Assembly (NCBI GenBank): GCA_003021085.1
Contig: PXRE01000009.1
Span: 16,334 to 80,333 of the forward strand
Direction of reading: 5' to 3'
DNA length: 64,000 nucleotides
Source: Halobacteriales archaeon QS_1_68_20
GTDB lineage: Archaea > Halobacteriota > Halobacteria > Halobacteriales > PXRE01
In this document: positions 9,628 to 19,923 of the stretch, piece by piece
Position numbering within the stretch: the first letter of the stretch is position 1
Layout of the letters: each line of letters begins with the position of its first letter
Translations under genes and position numbers: made by a program
The notes under the pieces: model-generated
What the model was told of the DNA's origin: nothing
Databases searched by the model: none
The model's input: only the letters and a program-made list of their open reading frames with translations

Positions 9628-10053
9628 ATGAACCGCAAGGAGGCCGCCCCGGCCTCGCTGCCGGTGCGACTGGAGGAGGGCGGCGTCGTGGTCGAGTACC
9701 TCGACGGCCGGGAAGTGTTCTACCACGGGGTCCCCGAGGCGGTCGGCGACAGCCTTCGCGCCCCGCCGGGCAAGCACGTCCACGTGCTCGTCACCGACGC
9801 CGACGGCAACGAGGGCGTCCTCGTGTACGTCGACGATCTCAAGACCGACGCCGAGATCCTCGAGTCGACCGGCGTGGGCCGGCTGTTCGTCGAGGGCGAG
9901 GGGACGGCGCAGGTGTTCCCCGGCGTCACCGTTCGGCGGGACGGCCACGCCCACGTCGTCGAAGCGGACGACGACACCGTCGACGGCCGGGTGTTCGTCT
10001 TCGCGGAGGACCAGTTCGGCGAATCGTCCTACGAACTGCTCGCGGAGGACTGA
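9628..10053 (+). CDS. Conserved haloarchaeal hypothetical protein (DUF5796-like)
   Basis: VEYLDGREVFYHGVP; acidic; usual neighbour of aroK as I recall. Confidence 0.75.
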   Translation: MNRKEAAPASLPVRLEEGGVVVEYLDGREVFYHGVPEAVGDSLRAPPGKHVHVLVTDADGNEGVLVYVDDLKTDAEILESTGVGRLFVEGEGTAQVFPGVTVRRDGHAHVVEADDDTVDGRVFVFAEDQFGESSYELLAED

Positions 10054-10289
10054 TGACGCTCCGAAAACGGTGGCGGGGCCTCGACCGCTCGACGGTCGGG
10101 GCCGCGCCCGACCGGTACGGCTACTACGAACTCGGGGACGACGATGGCGACGTGATCGGCCGCGACTGGGGCGTCCTGCAGGACGAACTGAAGGAGGTGC
10201 TGGCATACGGCGACGCGGCCCAGGTGCGCTGGCAGGTCGCGGAACACCGCGAGCACGCCAAGGACCTGTTCGAGGAACACGGGGACTAG
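10053..10289 (+). CDS. Conserved haloarchaeal small protein
   Basis: TGATG coupling; MTLRKRWRGLDRSTVGAAPDRYGYYELGD. Confidence 0.75.
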   Translation: MTLRKRWRGLDRSTVGAAPDRYGYYELGDDDGDVIGRDWGVLQDELKEVLAYGDAAQVRWQVAEHREHAKDLFEEHGD

Positions 10290-10373
10290 TTGCTCCACCG
10301 ATGTTTCCGAACTACGCCGAGGGGGCGCGTCGATCGGGCGTTCTCGGGTTCCCCGCGGCAGGGTCCAAAATAG

Positions 10374-10508
10374 TTACTGCAGGTACGACGGTTCCTCGGC
10401 GTCGCAGTTGGCCTCGTGGTCCTCGGCGTCCTCGTGGCTGTCGAACATCATGCCGCACTGCTCGCACTTCCACCAGGTCATGTCGTCGCGCTCCGTCTCG
10501 ACCACCAT
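10374..10508 (-). CDS. Small zinc-finger protein (44 aa)
   Basis: WWKCEQCGMMFDSHEDAEDHEANC. Confidence 0.8.
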   Translation of the reverse strand: MVVETERDDMTWWKCEQCGMMFDSHEDAEDHEANCDAEEPSYLQ

Positions 10509-10604
10509 GTACGTGGATGGGTCGGCTTGGGGTAAAGGCGTTACTCTCGTCGGCCACAGTGCGAGTAAGCAACCCTCAAGACCCGGCCCGCCCAACGCCC
10601 ACCC

Positions 10605-12812
10605 ATGAGTTCGGACGGCGAGGGGATCGAGTTGACGGTCAAGGGTGCCGAGAAGCGCGACGCCGGCCGGGGGGTCGCCCGGGTGCCCGAAGACGCGCGC
10701 CAGCGGATGGGCGTCCTCAGCGGCGACACCGTCCTGATCGAGGGCGAGCGGACGGCCGTGGCCAAGGTCTGGCCGGCGGGGGCGGAGACCCCGCCGGGGA
10801 CCGTCCGCATCGACGCCGACACCCGCGCGAACGCCGGCGTCACCGTCGGCGACGCCGTGGCGGTGCGCCCGCAGGCGGTCGAGGACGCGCGTTCGGTGAC
10901 GCTGTCGCCGTCCGGGTCGATCTCCGAGAGCGAGCGCGAGGCGGTCGAACGCGTCGTCAAGCGCGACCTCCGGGACCGCCCGGTCAGCGAGGGCGAGCGC
11001 ATCCGCATCGAACGACTGGGCGGTGACCCCTTCGTCGTCAGCGCGACCGACCCCGAAGGGGTGGTCCGCATCACCAACCGGACGTCGATCACCGTCCGCT
11101 CGGGTGGGACTGCGGGAGCCGCCCCCTCCGCGCCGGAGGACGAAGGGCCGATGGACGTCACCTACGAGGACATCGGCGGCCTGGACGAGGAACTCGACCA
11201 GGTCCGGGAGATGATCGAACTGCCGCTGTCGGAACCGGAACTGTTCCGCCGACTCGGCGTCGACCCGCCGAAGGGCGTCCTCCTGCACGGCCCGCCGGGG
11301 ACGGGCAAGACGCTGATCGCCAAGGCGGTCGCCAACGAGGTGGACGCCTCCTTCCACCTCGTGAACGGCCCGGAGATCATGAGCAAGTACAAGGGCGAGA
11401 GCGAGGAGCGGGTCCGCGAGATCTTCGAGGAGGCCGAGGCGAACTCGCCCGCGATCGTCTTCTTCGACGAGATCGACGCCATCGCGGAGAAGCGTGAGGA
11501 CTCCGGCGACATGGAGTCCCGCGTGGTCGCCCAGTTGCTGTCGATCATGGACGGCCTGGACCCCCGGGGCGACGTGATCGTCATCGCCGCGACCAACCGC
11601 GTCGACGCCATCGACCCCGCGCTGCGGCGGGGCGGCCGGTTCGACCGCGAGATCGCCATCGGCGTCCCCGACGAGCAGGGCCGCCGGGAGATCCTGGCCG
11701 TCCACGCCCGGGGGATGCCGCTGGCCGAGGACGTGGACCTCGACCGCGTCGCCGCCCAGACACACGGCTTCGTCGGCGCCGATCTCGCCGCCCTCGTGAC
11801 AGAGGCCGGGATGTCGGCCCTGCGGCGGGTCCGGGGCGTCGGTAGCGGCGCGGACGCCGGCGACGGTGTGGAGGCGAGCGGTGCGGACGCCGATGCAGGA
11901 GACGCAGACGCTTCGGACGAAGACTCGGGCGGCGACGAGATGCTGGTGACACGCGCGGACTTCGAGGCGGCGCTCGCGGCGGTCGACCCCTCGGCGATGC
12001 GGGAGTACGTCGCGGAGACCCCGTCGGTGAGTTACGACGGCGTGGGCGGCCTCGACGAGGCGAAAGCCACCCTCAAGCAGGCCGTCGAGTGGCCGCTGTC
12101 GTACAGTCCGCTGTTCGAGGCGGCCCGGACGGACCCGCCAAGCGGCATCTTGCTGTACGGCCCGCCGGGGACCGGGAAGACGCTGCTCGCCCGCGCGGTC
12201 GCCAGTGAGAGCGGCGTCAACTTCATCCACGTCAACGGCCCGGAGATCATGGCCTCGGCCGTCGGCGCGGCCGAGGAGGCGGTCCGTGACGTGTTCGACC
12301 GCGCGCGCCAGGCGGCGCCCGCGATCATCTTCTTCGACGAACTCGACGCCATCGCGGGCCAGCGGGGACGCGGCGACTCCTCCAACGAGGTCGGCGACCG
12401 CGTCGTCTCCCAACTGCTGACCGAACTCGACGGCCTCGTGGACAACCCGAACCTGGTCGCGCTGGCGGCGACCAACCGCAAGGACGCCATCGACCCAGCG
12501 CTCCTGCGGCCGGGTCGCTTCGAGGAACACCTCCTCGTCCCCGAACCCGACCGGGACGCCCGCCGGGAGATCCTGGCGGTCCACACCCGGGGCAAGCCCC
12601 TGGCCGAGGACGTGGACCTCGACGATCTGGCCGACCGACTGGAGGGCCACACCGGTGCCGACATCGACTCCGTGATCCGGAGCGCCTCGCTCCTCGCGAT
12701 CGAGAAGGTGGCCCACGAGGTCAGTCCAGCCGAGGCCGCCGACCGCGCCAGCGACGTGGAGATCCGCGCCGAGCACGTCGAGGCCGCGCTCGAAGACGCT
12801 GGCATCGAGTAA
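10605..12812 (+). CDS. Cdc48/VCP-family AAA+ ATPase
   Basis: N-domain KRDAGRGVAR; two GPPGTGKT Walker A and FFDE Walker B motifs. Confidence 0.95.
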   Translation: MSSDGEGIELTVKGAEKRDAGRGVARVPEDARQRMGVLSGDTVLIEGERTAVAKVWPAGAETPPGTVRIDADTRANAGVTVGDAVAVRPQAVEDARSVTLSPSGSISESEREAVERVVKRDLRDRPVSEGERIRIERLGGDPFVVSATDPEGVVRITNRTSITVRSGGTAGAAPSAPEDEGPMDVTYEDIGGLDEELDQVREMIELPLSEPELFRRLGVDPPKGVLLHGPPGTGKTLIAKAVANEVDASFHLVNGPEIMSKYKGESEERVREIFEEAEANSPAIVFFDEIDAIAEKREDSGDMESRVVAQLLSIMDGLDPRGDVIVIAATNRVDAIDPALRRGGRFDREIAIGVPDEQGRREILAVHARGMPLAEDVDLDRVAAQTHGFVGADLAALVTEAGMSALRRVRGVGSGADAGDGVEASGADADAGDADASDEDSGGDEMLVTRADFEAALAAVDPSAMREYVAETPSVSYDGVGGLDEAKATLKQAVEWPLSYSPLFEAARTDPPSGILLYGPPGTGKTLLARAVASESGVNFIHVNGPEIMASAVGAAEEAVRDVFDRARQAAPAIIFFDELDAIAGQRGRGDSSNEVGDRVVSQLLTELDGLVDNPNLVALAATNRKDAIDPALLRPGRFEEHLLVPEPDRDARREILAVHTRGKPLAEDVDLDDLADRLEGHTGADIDSVIRSASLLAIEKVAHEVSPAEAADRASDVEIRAEHVEAALEDAGIE

Positions 12813-13030
12813 CGAGGTGACGAGGGGCCGGCGTCGAGTGACGACGTCCCTTCGTTGGGCCGTCCGGGGACCCGGTAACCGGGTCGTTCGGGCCGAGACT
12901 CGTTTGTTCGGGGGAAAGGATATATGTATTTTCACGTATATATATCGAACGATGGAGCCACGACGTTTCGACGGGCGGCTTCGGTCAGCGGCGGGCAGGC
13001 CGGTAGACGGTATCGTCAGGGAGGGAACGG

Positions 13031-13414
13031 ATGCCTGAAGGTGTACATCCCGTAGTCGCGCTCGCGCTGTCGCTGTACGGTGGCCTGTGGGCGCACGTAC
13101 TGGCGCACTACCTGATCGGCTACCTGTGGACGGCCGACCAGGAACTGGAGCTGTGGTACGTCTTCCCGACCGGCGTCGACTACAGTTCGATGAGTCTCCC
13201 GCCGCGGGCGTACCGGTACATCGGCCTCGCGCCGCTGATGCTGGTCGTCCCGCTGGCGGTGCTGTTCGTGGTCGAGATCCAGCCGCTACTGGCGGACGGC
13301 GAGCAGATGCGAGCGGCGGCGCACCTGCCGCTGTACCTCGCCACGCTCCCGACCTGGTCGGACCTCGAACCCCTGCGGTCGAGTACGGAACAGTCCACCG
13401 GCGTCGAGGTGTAG
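13031..13414 (+). CDS. Hypothetical membrane protein
   Basis: Hydrophobic segments; HVLAH resembles a degenerate HExxH; AT-rich promoter region upstream. Confidence 0.6.
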   Translation: MPEGVHPVVALALSLYGGLWAHVLAHYLIGYLWTADQELELWYVFPTGVDYSSMSLPPRAYRYIGLAPLMLVVPLAVLFVVEIQPLLADGEQMRAAAHLPLYLATLPTWSDLEPLRSSTEQSTGVEV

Positions 13415-13485
13415 TCGGAGCGTCCTGGCCGTGGGTCCGGCCCGGCCGTGGGCCCGAGGAAACTCGACCTCGGTCGGCCGACCCA

Positions 13486-14115
13486 CTAGTCGTCGGACGG
13501 CGCGTCGTCGTCGACGAGCGCCGTCTCACCCACGAGTACCGACTCGCCCGCCCGCACCGTCTCGCCTTTCTCGACGAGGACGTCCCCGGGAGCGACGCCA
13601 GGGAGGATCACGTCCGCGCGACTCCCGAAGTCGATGTGGCCGATCCGCTGGCCACGTTCGAGGTCCTCGCCTGCCGCCACGTAGGGGTTGATCCGCCGGG
13701 CGAACCAGCCGGCGATCAGGACCACCTCGTGGTCGTGGGGGCCGTCGACGTCGATCCGGACCTTCTCGTTGCGGTCGGAGTCCTTGGTGAACGCGGGTCG
13801 GTGGGCGCCGGGTTCGTGGGTCACGTCCCGGACCGCCCCGGCCAGCGGCGCGCGGTTGACGTGGACGTCGGTCACGTTCATGAACACGCCGACGCGGACG
13901 CGGTCGCCCTCCTCGCGGACGACCGACACCCGGCCGTCCGCGGGCGCGAGGACGCCCGACCGGGGCGGCGTCCGCTCGGGGTCCCGGAAGAACCCGAGGA
14001 CGCCGACGGCGAGCGCGACCGCGGCGAGGGCCGCGTACGGGGAGACCACCGCCAGCGGCACCGCCGCCACCGCGGGGACGGCCGCGCGCCGCAACGCACC
14101 GGGGGCCAGTTGCAT
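13486..14115 (-). CDS. Archaetidylserine/phosphatidylserine decarboxylase
   Basis: FFRDPER, APADG, DVHVNRAP, FGSRAD self-cleavage motif. Confidence 0.9.
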   Translation of the reverse strand: MQLAPGALRRAAVPAVAAVPLAVVSPYAALAAVALAVGVLGFFRDPERTPPRSGVLAPADGRVSVVREEGDRVRVGVFMNVTDVHVNRAPLAGAVRDVTHEPGAHRPAFTKDSDRNEKVRIDVDGPHDHEVVLIAGWFARRINPYVAAGEDLERGQRIGHIDFGSRADVILPGVAPGDVLVEKGETVRAGESVLVGETALVDDDAPSDD

Positions 14116-14343
14116 GGCCGTGACGTGACGGCCGGGGCGGTAGCGTCTTTCGGTCTCCGGTCGTTCCGTTGCCGGGTCCGTTCTGGGCCCGTCGGGGACG
14201 TCGACTCCCGTCTCGGTCGGAGTCACCCGGACGACTGTCGACGGTTACGGCGACGAACTCTGACGATCCGGACGACAAAATCACCTGCCCTCGGAGCAAC
14301 TCCAAGTTGTTAGTTTTATAATACATTGGCCTCGGGCGTGGAT

Positions 14344-14817
14344 ATGTCGCCCGATACGAAAGGCGATAGCGGATCGTCGGAGATCGACCGTCGCACGACC
14401 TTCCAGCGGATCGGCGGAATGGCGACCGTCGGCGTTACGTCTGTGTCCGGGATCGCCGGCGCGACGACGGTCGACGGCTCGGTCGGGTCGGCCGTCGAAG
14501 CGCAACTCCAGGCCCGGGTTCGTGAATCCGAGACGGACGAGGCGATCAGGGACACGATAGAGTCCCACGCCCGGCCGGTGGTGGACGAGCTAGTCGCGGA
14601 CGGCGTCATCGAGAGTGCCGACGCGTTCCCGCTCGATCGACGCACGCTGGAACGGCTGTCGTACTGCGGCGGCCACACCATCCCCGAGGCCCGCGAGAAC
14701 GCCGAGTTCGTCCGGGTCGCCCAGGACGCCAAAGAGCGGGAGGGCGCCCACTTCGACCGCGACTGGGAGTCCGTCCACGTCGACAGCGTGGCCGAGGCGG
14801 TCGCCGCCGACGACTGA
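14344..14817 (+). pseudogene. Chimeric ORF: Tat-signal N-terminus fused to a GMP reductase/IMPDH-like C-terminal fragment
   Basis: IDRRTTFQRIGG signal; tail LSYCGGHTIPEARENAEFVRVA. Confidence 0.5.
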
Positions 14818-14898
14818 GCCGTCCGACTCGGCCCCGGTCCGGTGTTGGTCTGTTCCGTCCGCCGGGTTTCGACGAACTCCCGCTGGCGGCCGGGACGC

Positions 14899-15798
14899 TC
14901 ACAGCGCTTCCGTGTCGAACGGCCCCTCCACGATCCCGACCCGACCGTCGGTCCGGAACTGCCGGTCGTGCAGGTTGCTCACGAAGTAGTCCTCGTCGAA
15001 CCGGTCGAGGTAGGTCTTCAGGTCCTCCGTCGGGGCTTCCTCCGGGAACACGAAACGCCCAGGTACGCCGAGTGGTCGCCGTCGATCCGGACGCGCGTCC
15101 CGTTGGCGCGGAGGTCGCCCTCCAGCGGGTCGAACCCGGTCCCGTCGCTGTCCGCCGGCCGGCTCGTGCCGGACACGAGGGTCCCGTCGCCCAGCCGTTC
15201 GAGCAGGGTCGCCACGTGTTCGTTCGCCTCCGGATAGCGCTCGGCCCCGCCCTGCCAGGCATCGACCGTCGCCTCGACGGCACCGGCGGCGTCGACGTCG
15301 AGGGTCGCTTTCCCGACGACGAGGTGGTCCTCGCCAACGCCGACGGCTCGCTGGTCGGCGGCGTAGACGTCGAACGTCTCGCCGTCAGTCGTTTGCTCGT
15401 ACCCCTCGTCGGTCAGGGACGTCACGACCGCCTCGCGGTCGAACGACGCGACGACGACCCGGCTGGACTGCAGGTTCAGGGCACGTTCGGCGTCCCCGAA
15501 GCCGACGACGGTCGGTCCCCATTGCTGTTCTCGTTCGCGCAGTCGACTCAGCGTCTGCTCGGAGAGGTGATCGGCGTGGGCGTCGACCACCTGCGGTTTC
15601 AGTGACGAAAACGTGTAGTGGGCCTCGTGGGTCGTCGCGCCGGGGGGCGTGTAGCCAGCGGTGGAACGGCTGCGCCGGATCGTCGGTCGCCCCGTCGTCG
15701 TCACCGCTACACCCGGCGAGGCCGGCGACCGCCGCTGTCGCCGCGAGTGCGCCTGTCTGCCGGAGGACGGATCGCCTGGAGGAGCCATAGGGGATCAT
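14899..15798 (-). pseudogene. Tat lipoprotein with two frameshifts
   Basis: SRRSVLRQ...LAGC signal; extra C near 15645 and missing T near 15054. Confidence 0.7.
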
Positions 15799-15933
15799 GT
15801 TCTCGGGCTGAGAGGAGAACGGCGACGTCAATTTTCGGTTACGTCGGCGCGAACAACCGGGGCGGTGTTCACAGCGCGCGTGGTAGTCCGGTGATTTCTT
15901 GCCGCCCGCGAGTGTGCAACCAGCCATGGTCGG

Positions 15934-17514
15934 GTGGCGATTCCCGTGACCTGGCGGGTCGACTGGAAGGCGAGCGTCTCGCTCGTCGGGACGGTCGTGA
16001 AGTACCTCGCAGCGACGATGCTGGTGCCGCTGGTCGTGGCCGTCGTCTACGGCGAGGACGTCCGGGCGTTCGTGGGGTCTATCGCCATCGCCGTCGGCCT
16101 CGGCCTGGCGCTGGAACGACTCGATCCGGACCCCGACATCGGCGCCCGGGAGGCGCTTGTCCTGGTGGCAGTGGCGTGGCTGGCCGCGGCTGTCGTGGGC
16201 GCGATCCCGTACCTCCTGGCGGGGTTCGGAACGCAGTCGACGGTCGGATTCGACCCCTCCTCGGTGAGCGCGGCGATCACTTCGATAGTCAACGCGCTGT
16301 TCGAGTCCACCTCCGGGGTCACCACCACGGGGGCGACCGTCCTCGCCGAGATCAAATTCGAGCGCCACTCACACGCGCTGTTGATGTGGCGGCAACTCTC
16401 CCAGTGGCTCGGCGGGATGGGGATCATCGTCCTGATGATCGCCATCCTGCCCGAACTGGCTGTCAACGGCGCGCAGTTGATGCAGTCCGAAGCGCCCGGG
16501 CCGGAACTCCAGAAACTCACGCCCCGCATCGTCGAGACGGCGCGGGCGCTGTGGCTGATCTACTTCGGGTTCACCCTCCTGTACGTCGCCATTCTCTACA
16601 GTCTCCACCTGGCGGGGATGGCGCCGGATATGGGGCTGTACAACTCGGTCGCCCACGGGTTCACGACGCTCCCGACGGGCGGGTTCTCGCCGGAGGCCCA
16701 GAGCATCGCCGCGTTCCGGCCCATCGTCCAGTGGGTCGTCATCCCGTTCATGTTCGTCGCGGGCGTGAACTTCGCGCTGTTCTGGCACGTCGTCCACGGC
16801 GAGGTCCGCGAACTGGCCGACGACGTGGAGTTTCGCACCTACGCCGGGGCGGTCGCGGCGTTCACAGCGGTGCTGGCGGTGTTGCTGGTCGGGGGTGCTG
16901 CACCCGCCGAGGGTCTCGGCGGCGTCGGCGGCGGCGTCAGTGAGAACGCCTTCCGGCAGGCGACGTTCCAGATCAGTTCCCTGCTGAACTCCACGGGGTA
17001 CGCGACCAGCGATTTCGCCAACTGGAGCACCCACGCCCAGATGGTCCTGCTGTTCGCCATGTTCGTCGGCGGGTCCGCGGGGTCGACCGGCGGGGGGATC
17101 AAGGTCGTCCGGTGGCTGGTCGTCGTCAAGACGGTCCGTAGGGAACTGTTCGTGACCGCCAACCCCAACACCGTCCGTCCGGTCAGGCTGGCCGGGAACG
17201 TCGTCGACGAGGACGCCATCCGGGCCATCATGTCCTTTACGTTGCTATACCTGGTCCTGTTCGGCGTCTCGGGGGTGTTCTTCGCGCTGGACTCGGCCCG
17301 GATCGGCCACGACCTGACCGCGCTGGAGTCGTTCAGCGCGGCGCTGGCGACCATCGGGAACATCGGCCCGGGGTTCGGCTCGCTGGGCCCGTTCGGGAGC
17401 TACCTGCAGTTCTCGAATCTCTCGAAACTCTGGATGGTGTTTTTGATGTGGGTCGGGCGCCTGGAGATCGTGCCGGTGCTGGCGTTGTTCGTCGGGGGGC
17501 TTGATCGGTCGTAG
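15934..17514 (+). CDS. trkH: TrkH potassium uptake membrane subunit
   Basis: FESTSGVTTTGAT, QWLGGMGI, TLPTGGF, GSTGGGIK, GNIGPG. Confidence 0.95.
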   Translation: MAIPVTWRVDWKASVSLVGTVVKYLAATMLVPLVVAVVYGEDVRAFVGSIAIAVGLGLALERLDPDPDIGAREALVLVAVAWLAAAVVGAIPYLLAGFGTQSTVGFDPSSVSAAITSIVNALFESTSGVTTTGATVLAEIKFERHSHALLMWRQLSQWLGGMGIIVLMIAILPELAVNGAQLMQSEAPGPELQKLTPRIVETARALWLIYFGFTLLYVAILYSLHLAGMAPDMGLYNSVAHGFTTLPTGGFSPEAQSIAAFRPIVQWVVIPFMFVAGVNFALFWHVVHGEVRELADDVEFRTYAGAVAAFTAVLAVLLVGGAAPAEGLGGVGGGVSENAFRQATFQISSLLNSTGYATSDFANWSTHAQMVLLFAMFVGGSAGSTGGGIKVVRWLVVVKTVRRELFVTANPNTVRPVRLAGNVVDEDAIRAIMSFTLLYLVLFGVSGVFFALDSARIGHDLTALESFSAALATIGNIGPGFGSLGPFGSYLQFSNLSKLWMVFLMWVGRLEIVPVLALFVGGLDRS

Positions 17515-17524
17515 GTGGAGTTAG

Positions 17525-17677
17525 TTAATTCTGGTTTGGGTCGGTTTCGTGGGTTAGTTCCTCGTACGTCCGGTCGTCGACCTGGTGGCCGCAGGGCTGG
17601 AGGGCGTAGGTGATCGGGTCGACGCGGTCGATCCGTTCTACCGGTCGGTCGCAGATCGGGCAGGTTTCGTCGGGCAT
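17525..17677 (-). CDS. Small CPxCG-type zinc-finger protein (50 aa)
   Basis: CPIC...PCGH; divergent from an HTH gene across an AT-rich spacer. Confidence 0.7.
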   Translation of the reverse strand: MPDETCPICDRPVERIDRVDPITYALQPCGHQVDDRTYEELTHETDPNQN

Positions 17678-17847
17678 CTGTTGGGGGTCTCTCGCGTTTT
17701 CTCGGGTGCGTTCACGGTGGGTTCCACGGTGCTGGATTACATGCTCCTTGTTTAAGTATCTAAGGTATATCCTACGGGATAGGATTATATGATCTATCCA
17801 TGGGCTAAACCCGCACGAATAAACGGCTGTTTCGTGATTGTTCGGGT

Positions 17848-18159
17848 ATGCGTCCCCGGGTGCCGTGGATGAACGAGGTCGACACCGCGATCCTGGAGTA
17901 CTTCGCGGAACTCGGCGCGGTGGACGGCTCCCGGGTTTCCCTTGCACCGACGCCGCTGTACGTGAACCTCGTCCAGCGGATGGGCGTGGTCGACGTCCAG
18001 CCGAATACTCTGTCCCGGCGAATGAGCAGGTTGGCGGCGATGGGCTTTCTGGAGAAGATCGACGAGAAGCGGGGCTACTACTGTCTGACCGAGATGGGTG
18101 AGGCGTTTCTGGCGGGTGAGCTGGATGCCGAGGACATTCCGCGGCCCGAAGACAACTAA
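17848..18159 (+). CDS. Winged-helix regulator (PhiH1 repressor/MarR-like)
   Basis: MRPRVPWMNEVDTAILE...RGYYCLTEMGEAFLAGELDAED. Confidence 0.82.
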   Translation: MRPRVPWMNEVDTAILEYFAELGAVDGSRVSLAPTPLYVNLVQRMGVVDVQPNTLSRRMSRLAAMGFLEKIDEKRGYYCLTEMGEAFLAGELDAEDIPRPEDN

Positions 18160-18246
18160 CGTACTCGTAGTGCCGTTCTGATCAGTTTGTCAAGATGGAC
18201 ATGGCTGGTGGGCAGGTTTTTCTTGTAGGCGTGTGGGCGGGGAGAT

Positions 18247-19866
18247 ATGGTTACTGATAATTTTCAAGATTGGACCTACGTCCCAGATGACGTACCAGAG
18301 GGGCGGTGTGGACTCACGACCGATTATCCGGGGATACCACCCACCCCCGGTGAAATAACCTGCTGGCGGCCATCTTAGAACGATTACGATAGATGTATTT
18401 GGCATGCACAAGCCAAAGAAAAACCAGCCGACGAGTTGATCAACTCCCGAAAAGAATTTCCAGAACGACTAGATTTTGCAATACTTGAACGGGCTAAACT
18501 CAAGGACAACATTTCCTTTGAAGATTGTATACTTTATGGGTCCGATCTCAAGGGAGCAGACCTCAAAGGTGTCGTATTTAAGGAGGCTTCCCTTGAGTAT
18601 GCTAATCTCAGTGAAGCTGAACTCCGGAGGGGAGATTTCAGAAATGCTCATCTTGTAAAGGCTGAATTGAATGGTGCAAATCTACACAATGCTAATTTCA
18701 CTAATTCCTCACTTATTTTGGCCGAGCTTCGTGATGCTATTCTCGTCCGTACCAACCTTTCTCAAGCTCGTCTTGGAGGCGCGGACTTTACCGAAGCACA
18801 TCTTCCCAAAGTGAACTTTACTGAATCTTCTCTCGGAAAAGCAAATTTCACTAATGCTGACTTGATCTCTAGCCGATTCAAGAAAACAAACCTCAAAGAT
18901 GCGATTCTTGAGGATGTCCGTTTGGAAAACACTTTCATGGATAAGGCGAATCTAGAACGGGCGAACTTTACAAGAGCTAACCTTTTCGATGCAGATCTTA
19001 CAGGAACAGCGCTCTACGGCGCCGTCCTCGACAACGTCAAAGTCAACACTAACACTGAGTTCGGCGACCACTACCCCGACGACGGCGACGTCGAGAAGGC
19101 CGCCTGGACCCTCTCGCAAATCGAGGATCTCGCCCGCCAGAACGCCCTTCACGGGCAGGTCCGGTCAGCGTTCACCAAACGGAAAGACCGCCGCCGGAAC
19201 CACTACTGGCAGAACTCGAAGATCCCCGGCTGGATCCGCCGCCCCGTCCACCGTCTGAAGGCCACTGGCAACCAGGCCACGACGTGGCTGGTCAGTCGCC
19301 TCCGCTCGTGGGTCAACGAGGACACCGAGGACGACCCTGATACCGAGGCCGACGCCAGCGACGACGCGACGTCCGCCGACCTCGACGAGTCGTCCGACGA
19401 ACCCGGACCTGACGTGACCCCCGTCGCGGAACCACTTTCCAACTCGGACGAGTCTAACGACCTGACCAACTGGGAACGCTGGATGAACACTGGCAAGTGG
19501 GCGTGGCTGGCCATCACCGGGTCGACGACGCGCTACAGCGAGAGTCCCCGCCGGGTCGTCGTCACGTCGCTGGTCGTGGTCCTCGTGGCCGCGGTGCTGT
19601 ATCCATTGCTGGGTGGCGTGGCGATCACCACCGAGGGCACCCAGTTGACGCTGTTCGAGCCCCTGGGGACGCCGCTGGACCAACTGCCGGGCGGCACCTG
19701 GCTGGCGAACTTCTATTTCAGCCTGGTGACGTTCACGACGCTGGGCTACGGGGACATCCAGCCCGCCAGCGCGCCCGCGCAGTTGCTGGCCGGCATCGAG
19801 TCGTTCCTCGGTGCGGCCCTGATGGCCCTGCTGGTCGCGGTGCTCGCAAGGCGGATCACGCGCTAA
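18247..19866 (+). pseudogene. Pentapeptide-repeat protein with C-terminal ion-channel domain; in-frame TAG at 18376
   Basis: A(D/N)L/F pentapeptides; FSLVTFTTLGYGD pore motif; upstream in-frame ATG 18247 giving CWRPS*NDYDRCIWHA. Confidence 0.75.
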
Positions 19867-19923
19867 CTCTCCTCCGCTCCAATCCCACGGCCCTTGCTAC
19901 CTTCACGAGATACCGAACAACGA

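Noticed and set aside
11270-12200. Repeated sequence shared among 11280, 12160 and 37160
   Set aside because: Conserved Walker A coding sequence of AAA+ domains, not a mobile repeat.
12919-12946. AT-rich imperfect palindrome GATATATGTA...TATATATATC
   Set aside because: Low complexity and compatible with an ordinary promoter region; too weak to call an operator.
10374-13529. Very long alternative-frame or antisense ORFs (e.g. 1051 aa here, 907 aa at 50541-53264, 785 aa at 21112-23469)
   Set aside because: They shadow real genes; Arg/Gly/Pro-rich or antisense translations are expected in high-GC DNA.
18376-18378. Pyrrolysine readthrough of the in-frame TAG
   Set aside because: No pyl genes in view, not a known trait of Halobacteria, and TGG-to-TAG mutation is simpler.
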